A DNA stretch of 62,749 nucleotides, filler included, from Bipalium vagum (lineage: Eukaryota), in the NCBI GenBank assembly GCA_037834085.1. It is 3 parts of 3 records of this genome, joined end to end, with 100 filler letters (N's around TTAATTAATTAA, not from the genome) between each part and the next. Parts side by side here need not be neighbours in the genome. Positions count along the whole stretch, not along the records: positions 16,692 to 36,678 come from JBBMKC010262910.1; positions 36,779 to 62,749 come from JBBMKC010167823.1; 1 more part is not named here. One strand, given 5' to 3'. The notes under the pieces were generated by a model. It searched no databases and was not told the origin of the DNA. It was given only the letters and a program-made list of their open reading frames with translations. This document shows, piece after piece, positions 27,597-39,800 of this stretch. The position numbers and the translations under genes were made by a program. Position 1 is the stretch's first letter. Each line of letters opens with the position of its first letter.

Positions 27597-28881
27597 TTAG
27601 GTAGTCTAAAAATTTCCGGCGATTTTGTTAATAGACGGGGAAAATGTTATTTATTTAGTTTGATTGAAATTGATTTTGTTCTAATATATCATTTTATAAT
27701 TTATTATAATCCTAGCATTCAAATAACTTTAAAAAGTAGGCATTTTGATTAATTAATCAAATTTTATTCATCTTTAGAAATGGATATAAATAAAGAAGAA
27801 ATGCGATACATAATGAAATTTTATTTCTTGAAAGGTAAAAATGCTACACAGGTCACTAAAAAGATTAATGTTGTTTATGGAGTGGATACTGTTTCGGATA
27901 GAAAAGTCCGTGAATGGGTAGCTAAATTTCGTTCCGGAAATTTTGATGTCAAAGACGCACCTCGTTCTGGTCGACCAATCTGTGAAAAAGTCGATAAAAA
28001 TAATTAGGAAGGTTGAAGAAGGCAGGAATAGAAGCAACCACGAAATAACTCAGGAATTGGGGATTCATCATCAAACAGTTTTAAATCATTTGGAGAAATG
28101 TGGATATATAAAGAAAGTGGATATATGGATACCGCATAATTTGACTGAAAAGAATTTGAAAGACCGAATTTCAGTATGCCAAACATTGTTGAATAAAAAC
28201 ATGATCAATCCATTTTTGAAACGGCTTATTACATATGACGAAAAATGGATCAAGTACGATAATAACATACAAAAAAGGTCTTGGACAAAATATGGTACTA
28301 CCACACAAACTGTGGCGAAACCAAAAATGACTTCAAGGAAGTTAATATTCTGTGTCTGGTGGGATTACAAGGAAATAGTTCATTATGAATTACTCCAACC
28401 AGGACAAAAATAAACTCAGTTATCTACTGTAAACCGTTGACAAGAGTACATCAGGAAATTGCAAGAAAGCGTCCAGAATTAATCAATAGGAAAGGCGTTG
28501 TGTTTCACTATGACAATGCCAGACCACATGTATCTTTCAAGACGCAGCAAAAATTGAAGGATCTTGTATGGGAAATTTTGTTGCATTCTCCATATAGTCC
28601 TGATATAGCACCGTTAGACTATCATCTTTATCGCTCATTGCAGAACTCCCTTAATGATGTAATATTAAATTCAAAAGAGGATTGTGAAAAACACTTATCT
28701 CATTTTTTGCCAATAAATCAAAAAAGTTTTATAGTAACGGAATTTTGGTTTTACCAAAAAAATGGCAATACAATGTCGATCAAAATGGTAATTATGTAAT
28801 TTAATAAAATTTTCAATTCAACTTTATTTTTCTAACTTTTTTATTTTAACAAAATCGGCGGAGCTTTTTTAGACTACCCAA
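27597..28881 (+). mobile_element. Full-length mariner (DD34D) with frameshifted transposase
   Basis: 1285 bp, TA-flanked, TIRs TTAGGTAGTCTAAAAA.../...TTTTTAGACTACCCAA. ORFs 27780-28007, 27943-28413 and 28437-28799 carry RSGRP, WIPHNL, TYDEKW, HYDNARPH and YSPDIAPLDY. Confidence 0.95.
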
Positions 28882-29059
28882 TATTTCCAATTATTTTGCA
28901 AGGGATACATTTTTTGTGCTGAATTTTTTCATCAGTATTCAAATTCTAATTTTGAAGTGATCATTAACAAAATGATTATATTTTTATAATTCGATTTTGA
29001 AATATATATGATATGATAATAAAGACTTTAGCTGTACAAATTCAAAGGTAAATAAGACA

Positions 29060-30310
29060 CAATAAGCCATATTTCATTCCTCAAAGTAGTCACCACTACC
29101 TTGAATGCACTTAATACATCATTTATGCAAAGCGCCAAAACTTTTTTTCGATCGCCTCTTTTGAAATACCTTTCAGTTCGCTTGTAAAATTCTTCTGAAT
29201 ATCCTCAATATCTTAAAACAATAATATCTTTTTAAATAAATCTTTTTAAATATCTTTTAATAAACAATATCTTTTTTTAAAATATAGCTTTCAGCTTTGG
29301 GAACTGCATAAAACCTACTCGATATGGTGTTGAATATCGTGGATATTTGATCACCATAACTCTTTTTTCAGCCAGATTTTCAGAATTATCCAGTCATGAG
29401 AAGATGCGTTATCATGTAGCAAATTCAAGCTTCCTTTAGTAGTTTTCTGAGGTCTAATTCTGCGAATTCTTTTCAAAAGCTGAGACATCACTTTTTTGTA
29501 ATAAAAAATTGACTGCTTTATCAGAAGGTAGAAATTCTTTGTAAATGACCCCATCAGAATCAAAAAATGTGATCAGGAGAATTTTAATATTTGATTTTTG
29601 TAGTCGCAACGTTTTTGGTTTTTGAGAACTCTTTTAACACAAATGCATACTCTGTCGCTTAGTTTCAGGATCATATTAAAAACACCATGATTCATCACCA
29701 GTAAAAATTGATTTGATAAAATTTGGGTCAGTATCACAAACGAAAATGAAATTTCTGCTATTGTCCAGGATTCAAGCTGTGAGGAACAAACCTTGAACAT
29801 ATCCTTTTCTTACCTAAAACCTCAATCAACATTTTCCGAATCGATTTTCTATTGATTCCAGTTTTATCGTTCAGTATTCTTAATGTAATACGTCTATTGG
29901 GTTCAACAATTTCTTTAATTTTGTCCATTTTTTTTAATCCTTTCTGGAGGTAGAAAAACGGTCACTTCTGTTATTGTCAAAAGGATCACCACGGCCTTCA
30001 TGAAAGCGAGAATACCATTAAAAAATCTAGATCTTGACAGTGTATTGCTCCCAAAACGATTTTCAGCATTTCTTAGTTCTCCATAAGTGTTTTGCCTAAC
30101 TCATAGGAAAATTTAATATCCACTCTCTCTTCCATTCTAAAATTGTGATGATACTTAAAATATTAGCAGATTAAGTAAACAAATTACATCAGATAAACAA
30201 ATAGCTAGTTAAAATAAAATATTCAGAAATTTTCATGAACTGTGCTGCCAACATAAGCAAAATTCATTTTACAACTGTTATAATTCACTTTATGAAAATA
30301 GTCCTGGATT
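29060..30310 (-). mobile_element. Degenerate mariner (irritans-like; approximate limits)
   Basis: KVCSSQL, TGDESWCF-like and LLHDNASSH segments; C-terminal CIQGSGDYFE. Confidence 0.75.
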
Positions 30311-30932
30311 ATTTTAATTATTATTATTTGGTATTCTTAAATATATTTTAATCTTTATTAAAATTATTCATAAAAATTCTATTTATAAAAAATCAAATTG
30401 ACAACCAATTTTTAAAATAAAATTTTAAATTGAACAAACATCTTATTTCATTTAATATTTTATTTTTCAAAAAAGGTAATAATTTTCGAAAAATTCCTTA
30501 GTCCTGGATTTTACACAAATTGACATTGTCAATTAAGAAAATTAATTAAAAATTAAAATATCAGATTTTTATTTATAACATTTTTACATGTCCACCTTTT
30601 AAGTAATTTGTCGTAAATGAAAAAAAACTCGGAAAAAATTTAATTAACTCATAATAATAATAAAAGGTAAAATATTTTAAAATATATAAAATATAAAAAT
30701 AAAAAGATTCAATACAAAATAATATAAATCTTGAGGAAAAAGTAAATACTGATTCAACAAATATATCACTGTAAATTTACAAAAATACTAATTGTCATGG
30801 AAACCATTCTAAGTAGATAAACGATAGCTCTAGACACGCCCTGCATCTCAGTCAAAGGACCAATTAAAAATATTATCCTTCGTTATAATCAAAATAAATA
30901 AATAGTCTTAACATTGTCCCATTTCGTAAAAC

Positions 30933-31877
30933 ATGACCGGTACACATTGGGTAATTGAATTATTTATTATATTTATTTTTGTCGTGGGAATTATTGGGAA
31001 CATTCCTATGATTGTCTATTTCTATAAAGACAAGAACCTGAGAATATTTTCCAAATGTTTGCTTATCTTTCAAACCCTTTGGGATATCATGGTGGCAATT
31101 TTACCTGTCATGTACAAAATGTTGTTGTTAATTATCAGAACGGATTTGAGAATAATATTCATTGATATGTTTTGTCCGGTTCATTTGTTTTTGAGCGAAA
31201 TGATTTTGGACCTTTCCAACTGGACGTTTATGTTTCTGGCCATTGAAAGATTGTTACTGATTGTATTGATCAAAAATTACCGTCTCAATAACCTTACATT
31301 ATGTAACAGTTTTATAATGATGCTGGCACTAATTGCTATTTTAGGAACAAAAAACGGTCTCTACCTACTGTCCGTAAAGGAAAACGGGAAATGTCAATTA
31401 CCGCATGGGTACAAGATCGACGTATATACGTGCATCAATATGGTTTTTAAAATCGTTGTTCCATCATTAACCGTTACTGCCAGTTCAGTCGGGATGATTG
31501 TTATTGTGAAAAAAAGTCAACAAAAGTTGGATAAAGACGTTTCTCAAATGAACTATTCTTCTTTTCATATGACGAGAAGGAAAATGCTTACCGCTGTCTA
31601 CATAAGTTTTGCATGGGGGCTATACTTTGCACTTAGTAGTCTTCCATATGCCCTGAGTCAGATATATATCGTTTGGACTGATAAGCAGAACATAAAGATT
31701 TCCACAATGTCTTTAATTGAAGGTCTCGAGATTCTCTTCTTTTCAAACTGTTGTGTGAAAATTATCTTTCATTTATTCATATCATCTCAATTCCGAGAGA
31801 AATTCTTTCATTTTCTGGTGAAATTGTACAAACCCCAAATAAAGCTCTTATCTCATCTTTCAAGAAATAATCAGTAA
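30933..31877 (+). CDS. Intronless rhodopsin-family (class A) GPCR, peptide/chemoreceptor-like orphan
   Basis: 314 aa with seven hydrophobic segments. TM1 GN, TM2 D, TM3 Cys and LAIERL (DRY position), ECL2 Cys, TM5 P, TM6 LPY, TM7 N, helix-8 SSQFR. Confidence 0.9.
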   Translation: MTGTHWVIELFIIFIFVVGIIGNIPMIVYFYKDKNLRIFSKCLLIFQTLWDIMVAILPVMYKMLLLIIRTDLRIIFIDMFCPVHLFLSEMILDLSNWTFMFLAIERLLLIVLIKNYRLNNLTLCNSFIMMLALIAILGTKNGLYLLSVKENGKCQLPHGYKIDVYTCINMVFKIVVPSLTVTASSVGMIVIVKKSQQKLDKDVSQMNYSSFHMTRRKMLTAVYISFAWGLYFALSSLPYALSQIYIVWTDKQNIKISTMSLIEGLEILFFSNCCVKIIFHLFISSQFREKFFHFLVKLYKPQIKLLSHLSRNNQ

Positions 31878-33149
31878 AGTCACATTTTGACATGCCGCTT
31901 ATAAATCTATAATTTTATTTTTTAAAAAATTAAATGTTCATTGATATTAACTTTTGTTATGAAATTCTTAAACAATAAATTTCAAAGAAAGTTATGACAA
32001 TAAAAAATGAGAAACTTTTTGGTCTGACTACGGAAAGAAATTGTAATTTTTATCGCACTAATTTATTTTTTAGTCTATTTTTTATTCATTTAATTTTAGA
32101 TAATTAATTAATGATTAACCTAATACTCCATAAATAAAAACAAAGTCCTGTTAAATAACTTTAATGTAATATACAAATTGTTTAAATGACTTATTTTAAC
32201 TTATTAAACAAATCAAGATCTTTTATTAAATTTGAAAGTAACATATATTGATAATTTAATTTCAAAAACATATTGGTGTTTCTTAATTTGCAAAAATGAG
32301 GAATTGGTTGCTTCTCTGCTGCTGTTTAAAAAGATCCATCTACCCGTCTTCCAAATTACTTAATTGTTTGAGTGTGATATTGATTATGATTATTATTATT
32401 TTACTTATTAAATTAAAATAGAAATGAGGGATTATAAATTTTATATATCTATTATTTGCTATGGTATGTAATCTAGATAAACATAAAAAATAAATTATTT
32501 ATTTTATTTTTAAAATAAATTTTTCAATTAAAAATAAAATAATAAAATAGTTCACAAAAAATAAATATTAATATAAATAAAGAAAAAGATCCTTTCAGAG
32601 CATTGAAAAAAATTTGATTGATAGTTCCAAAAATAAATTTCTTTATTGAATGAATGAAAATATGTTAAGCCAAAAGTATTTTTGACTAAAAGTAAAGAAA
32701 TTTTCTTTCCAGAAAGAAATCTAGTAAGACTATCCACAGCAGCATTTTTCGTATGCAGAATATGTAGAGATTAAATAATTTGATCAATTTTCATGAAAAA
32801 TCAAAGATGATTTTTCTGATTATATGATAAAATCCAAAACAATCAGTTTTTTTAAAGATTTCTCTGACAATTTTTAACAAAAAGTTGCTTAAATTCGAAC
32901 ATCTCAAACTAATATAACTCTCCTGAGTAATTAGACCACCAACTTTATATTATAATGTGATGGCTTTATTAATATTTAAAATAATAACTATTTAAAATTT
33001 AGATTATTTTATTTTAAATGTTGATGTTTTTTATAATATTATGTAACCAAAAAAAATGTGGTGCTTTTTTATGAGAAAATATAGAGTTTAATTAACGGAA
33101 CAATATCAAATTTTATTCTTCGAAATAATTACCATCACACTAAATGACT

Positions 33150-33924
33150 TTGATAATGTGCCACCATTTTTTGTATGCTTTTTCTGTAGAAATCCAAGTA
33201 TTTTGAATAAAAAATTATTGGACCACATTTATTATCTCAATTGAGTTTGAACTGCTTTTGTCTCATAAAGTTGTCTAGAAGAGCTAATAAAAATTGGTGA
33301 AATCACAGGAAAATATGGAAGGTGTGGCAATAATTCTCACGGAACTAAGAAATATTTTGCGGTATGTGGTCTGGCAATGTCCTGTAAGAAAAGCACTTTC
33401 TTTCTATCGATCAAAGCAGACTGTTCCTTGACGAACTGTTTACAAAAAATTTACTGATGCTGATAGTTGGTTTATTGAATAATTCCAACCTTATATGTTT
33501 AATGTAACTAATTTTTTTGAAATTTCGAATAAATCTCATTATTGTTTTTTTAGAGTTATTTTTTTTACAGTATTTTACAAGCCAAATCGACTCGCGACCA
33601 TATATATATTATATACATATATAAAGCATATAATTGAAAAAAAATTTATTTTTAATCTAGTGAACAATATTTTTTTCTTTTTGTAATGTTGCAATCGAAA
33701 TGGATTTATTGCTTGCTTTTCGAATAATCAACCACTTATATTTTCTTGAAGGCTTTTATTTGGTGCCAGACTTTATTTTTTCCTTCTCCATTTTTCAAAT
33801 AATATCTAATTGTACTTTCATTCCTGTGGATCTTATTTGCTATCCATCTGTTTGATTTTAAAGCATCATGGTAGGCCAGGATCATTACTTTCTCAGAGTC
33901 GGACATTTTGCTTAAATTTCCCAT
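33150..33924 (-). mobile_element. Composite Tc1/mariner remnants (approximate limits)
   Basis: Tc3-like HTH ORF 33736-33924 (SNRWIANKIHRNESTIRYYLK) and a mariner 3' part (QDIARPHTA, LPHLPYFP). Confidence 0.6.
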
Positions 33925-35789
33925 ATTAAAAATTTACTAAGCACTTAAAATAATTTTAATAAATATGAAAATTCCTTTTAATATTTTGTAAAAATATTAC
34001 CTTTAAAATCTAAATTTATAAAGGTACTCCAAACTTAAATTAGTGCGGCAATTAACTATATTAATTAAAATTTTCTATACCTATATTTTTTGTGGCATAA
34101 ATTTGATCGGAGAATGTTTTAAATGAAAATTTCTGAATCAAAATTTTTAAAGCCGATTCAACTTAGGCATCCTATAAAGATCCTACCTTTTCCGATTCAT
34201 ATTTGCATTAGTGTTGCAGTTTCAATGTTTGCTTTGTTTTTAATCAGCTTACATAAAAGAGGTTTCGAAATCTTTAAATTACGTGTATTTATTTTATCTA
34301 TCTTATAATAGGACTCTAATATTATTTTATTTTTCATTTAAGGACAAATTTATTTTTGAATCCACAAATTTTAAATTGTGTGATAATTCTGTTTAATATT
34401 TAAACAAATGTGATTGATTTGTAAAATTCTTTATTATATGATAAAATTTAATTTATAATAAATTGATTACAATAAACAGCTTATTTTTAATTAATTTATA
34501 GAAAAAATCTGGGCCTGATATTTTTGATAAAATTAACCGATTTATAACATTAAACTTGATCAAATTACGCGGACTCTATTATATATTATCAAATTCATAA
34601 TTTATTATCATATTCATAATTTATAATTTAATGAAAACAATCAACTAATAATTGTAAATTAGTTAAATGAAGTAAGAAGTAGTTTATTTCTGTAAAAGTG
34701 ATTTAGAATATATAAAAATATTGCGTATACTTTTCATTATCTAAAATTAGCAAATTTTTTGCATAGAGAATTATTTTATTCCCACAAATGAATAATCAAA
34801 TTCATTCTAAATTATATAAAAATATTCAAATAGGAAAATATGTTCATTATCTTGATCACCTTGCATTTTTGGTAGTGAAAAATTATATCAAAAATAAAAT
34901 CAAAAAAATTTACTGAAATAAAAAAAAATTATGAGAAAACCTTATTATTTATTTTTTTCTTTAGCTTCAATAAATATAAGATACAATTATTATACAAAAA
35001 ATAATATAGTATTAGAAAATTTTATTTATGAATTAAAATGAAGAATAATGACATTTTCAGCATTAAAAATAAAAAAAATTTAGATTTTATTAAAATAATT
35101 GAAAATGATAAATTTAATAAAGCTTATAAAATAAGTAAATACAAAAGTTTAATGAAGAAAACAAACAAAATTTGAAAAATTAATCATATAATTATAATTA
35201 TAAAAATTATATATATATTAAGAAATAATAAAATAAAATAATAATAATAATGAAAATCAGAGAAGCGTCTCAGAAAAATATTTTGATGAAGTCAATTGTA
35301 ATTGATTTTAGAAATATATTTTTTGAATTCCTTTTTTAATTTCCCTCATGAAATTTTCCAAATAAAAGTAAACGGTTACATCGACATGATACATATCATT
35401 AGTATTCAGGAATGAAGAAAAGAGCCCAGAAATCATAACATTATAATTATTACTCTGATATATAAAGCATACATGGAATTATTTGCAACAAACCTACATG
35501 TTGAAATATGATCCCGCAAACCAGCAATGAGATTTTAATTCTTATGAAATTGATTACAACAATTTTGATCTCGTCTGATAAACCTGATCTGATGTTTTAA
35601 CAATCACTACTCGGTTCTGTGGATTTTGTGCTGTTTATAAACCTTGAATGTTGCAGAATATGAAAGACTGGTTTATCATTGATAAAGTAATACTATGGAA
35701 TGAAAATATTTGATTAGAAGCCTTCTTAAAAATTGGTTATCAGTGTCTATAATAATAATAATCCTATAAATTTGACGGATGACAATTGA

Positions 35790-36678
35790 GAAACCAAGGA
35801 GTATTAAGTTACTTTGATCGAATTTCAACAGAAAATAAAAAATAAATTTATTTTGAAAATCCTAAACTCACAAATCATGAGTTAAACAAGTCCAAACGTC
35901 AAAACAGATTTTAATACCAGGCCGTTTGGAATCATGAAAAGGTGTGGTGTGCCATGAGCTTCTTAAGCCAGGTAAAATTGTTAGGCCTGAGTGCTTACAA
36001 AAAAAAATTAATGTTATTCATAAAAAACAAGAATGGGTCAAAACACATAACAAATGACATCACTACCAAACACTTCTAAACCAGTTAAAAGCGTGTTAAA
36101 AGACATGGCCTCGGAAGTACTCACGTACGCTTCGTATTCACCAGATCTTTCAAATTTGTTTCTATGGACTTTCTGTACAGTACTTCATAAAAGACGCTCA
36201 GAAATTGGTTTCTCAATGGTTTGCTTCGAAACCAGCGAAGTTCTTTTGAGAAGATATCTATATATTGGGTTGTCTGGAAAGTTAGTTCCGAATTTTAATT
36301 AGAAATTAAAAAGTAAGACAATGCAATTTAAATACATTTATTAAAATACATATGTTCCATTTTGTTCCATAACTTTTTTCTTTTCTATCAGAAAAGTTGA
36401 ATATTCCATCCTTCCAGAATTTCTTATATTTTCATCGAAAAAATTATCCAAGTGACTTTTGATATCGACCCCATGCGTTCTTGAACTTCAAGGCTAAAAC
36501 CGCCATCTTCAAATCTTGCAAACCCCTTCCGAACAGCTCTGCCAGATATTGGTAATTCACCATAAACACCGCATATCTTGTTTGCTGTTTTTGTAGCACT
36601 ATTACCTTTCCGGTAGTAGAAGAGCATTAAATGGCGAAAATGTATTTTATTTGTATCCATCTTTGAATTTGTTCAATA
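35790..36678. mobile_element. Two mariner remnants (plus strand ~35790-36300; minus strand ~36350-36678, cut by the contig end)
   Basis: ORF 36054-36302 (EVLTYASYSPDL) and ORF 36424-36660 (HFRHLMLFYYRKGNSATKTANKICGVYG, a mariner N-terminal HTH). Confidence 0.75.
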
Positions 36679-36778
36679 NNNNNNNNNNNNNNNNNNNNNN
36701 NNNNNNNNNNNNNNNNNNNNNNTTAATTAATTAANNNNNNNNNNNNNNNNNNNNNNNNNNNNNNNNNNNNNNNNNNNN
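36679..36778. other. Artificial contig spacer
   Basis: 44 N + TTAATTAATTAA + 44 N. Confidence 0.95.
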
Positions 36779-36806
36779 TAATCTTTGACCCAAGTTTTGG
36801 ATTTAG

Positions 36807-39800
36807 AAAGCTCTGCAATTAGCAGAAGAATTCAATTCAAAATTGGAAGACATGAGAGCATGGTTCAGGAAAAGTGAAAAATTATTAAAAATGAAATCGT
36901 TACCCAAGTTTCAAAACGAGACTGAATTGATCGAATTAATTAAGAAACACGAGGAATTCATGAAAGCTCAAAATGATATGAAGTCCATAATGACCCAGTT
37001 TAATAGCCTTGGGAACCTTATTCTTAGCAGCTGTCATCCTGTTGCAAAGAACTACATGAATAGAGTAATCTTTAGTACTGGGAATCGGTGGAATCAGGTC
37101 CATTGTTGTGATTTGAGAGAGAAATTGAATTTCAGATTAAAATTTCTTTCTAGATGATTCAAAGAAGCAAGGATCGAACGAAAAAACTCAATGACGCTCA
37201 AAAAACACTTCGAGGCAGTTCGGCTTTGATTGAGGATTTGATATTCAAAATTGGTGAACATATAAACAAAATTGAAACCGAAATGACCGATAACCTTCCG
37301 GACGACATTTCTCAAGTCAGTGATCTCAGCAGTAGGCACAAGGTAGCACTTATTTCTGATATCATTATTTTCTATTTGTAAATTAAATTTTTTTACTAAT
37401 TCCATTTATGACTGATAATAAATTTATTAATAAGTTCATTTTGAGTGTAGCCGCTTTTTACATTTCAATAGTTTTAAACTCAATTATTTTTTATTTCGAG
37501 GATCAGTCAAAAAGTAACCTTAAATTAAAAAATTAAAACTGAAATTTGAATGTTTGCCATATCCTGCTTATTCTCCCGACCTCGCTCCTTGTGATTTCCA
37601 TCTGTTTGAACCACTTAAGGAGGCACTAGGAGGAAGAAAGTTCGAAGCAGGTATATAGCTCAAAAAGTAGTGCATCAGTGGATTCGTAGTCTGCCAAAAG
37701 ATTTTTTCTCTCATGGATTCTAATTAAGAGGTATCGTATTTGCATTGAGCGTGGGCTGGACTATGCTGAAAAATGACATGAACGCTCAAATGTGAATTAA
37801 TTTTTTAAATAAAATAAATATGTTTCAAGGTTACTTTTTGATTGGCCTTCGTATTTATTTTTCTGCCATAATAAGATCTGAATATTTAAACATGTTTTAA
37901 TTTAATTATTTTTAATTTAGTTATTTAATTAATTATTTATTTAATTTAACTATAAATTTATATGCAATAAAACCTCGTTAATTCGACCTGTCTTAATTTG
38001 AAAACTGTTGTAGGTCCCAACAGACATATGTTAATAAAGTCGATTGATTCAAAACTCAAATATTTTATTACAAACTTTTGTGTCCCGCGAGTTTTGAATT
38101 AACGAGGTTTCACTGTATATATAAAAATTGATTAATTGTAAAATCATATAACAAAACTTTCAAGGTTTTTAATGATGGTCTCGAAGAAATGGAAAGTCAA
38201 ATAAAAAAACTAATCAATGCTTTCAAAGCTCAATATTTGACTTCGGCAAATAATAACCAGCCGAAAAAGTTTCACACCAGAGTTCACAATCTAAAAACTA
38301 TTTGGAGAGGTTCGAAAAATAGCTTGGGTAAGCCTTTTGTAAGTGCACAACTTTAGTAGAGTGTTCGTCTAGATCGGAGCTGTGATGATCTTACAGGAAA
38401 CAGTCGACTGAACTTTTTAAACAATCAATTCAATAAACTATGGAAGATGTCTGTAACTAGAAAGGATCTGCTGCGAAAGCACTTGATGGAATTGAATGAA
38501 GTACTTTTTGTGGAAATATTTCTCTTACTTGTCTTTTACTTGTCTCCGAATTAGAAAGAACAATTACTCAAGTTTGATTTTCAAACATGGAAAACAGAGT
38601 TCCTAAGTTTTATCAAACACAAAGGTCTGAGATTAAACGACCTGTTTCGACGACAACAAGCCGCCAAACCGGGTTATCACAATCTTAACGAATTTATATT
38701 GTGCATCTCAAAATCTGGATATCCAGTCAACAAATCGGTCTTAGAGGAAGTTTTCAATAGGTTCAACAAAGTCAACAAAAATGAAATTTCTTATCAGGAT
38801 TTTATTGATTCTATGAAGTCCGACCGACGAACAGTACTTTTAATTACCTTTTATTATCTGGTTTTATGGGTTTCTCTTTTTAGTCCACTTTAGATAAGGT
38901 GAGATTTATACTTTTTCTTTGATGTCAAATTCTGTTAGTGTTCAAAGTCATGGTAAAATTAAAATCAGTATGAAATATTGAAAGCATGAAATATTAAATT
39001 ATCATTATATTAATCATCCTATGTTCAATTTAAATATGGAATTTTTTTGTTGAATTAAACATATTTTTATAAAAATATTCATTTGTTTAACTAAGCTAAT
39101 TTATCAATAATATTAATTATTAACAAATAAATTTTATAATTTTAAATGACTTCAGAATTCGATAGAAAATCAGAAGTACTAAAACGCTCAGAGATGGGAG
39201 AAAACCAAAAATACTAATTGGCTTAACTATTTAAAAACCAGAGATTTAAGGTAATGACTCCAAAAATATGGCTGACCTTGGGAAAAATGAAAATAGTCAA
39301 GTTAATTGTTAGTGCAGTAATATTGTAAAATGTTAAACATCTTGAACGAAGGCATTCCTTTACAGAAAATAGTTAAGCCGTAGACTTGACGTCACTAAAG
39401 AGCATGATAGAACTGTATCTTACAAGTTTTTTTAATATGTAGAATACTTCTTTCTACATATATGTATATATGCATTCTAAATGTTCAGTATCTGTTTTGA
39501 TATTAGTTTTCATCCTGTGAAGTTGACGTCATGTGTTCTCAGTTTTTTGAAGAATAACTGGTAATCTTCAGAGACATCAAGATACTGGAGACAGCTGTGA
39601 AACTGCGAATCGTCTAGGTAACCGTTTGAAGAAAATTTTTCAATAAGACTTTAATCCGACTCATAATGTAAGGATCACTTGCCATAGATAAGCCGATTTT
39701 TGACAGTTCTGAGTTAATTGTTTTATTTTTTCTATAAAATTCCATATTTATCCTGAAATCCCTGTGTAAGAATGTGAAGTCATCTGAATTATTTTACTTT

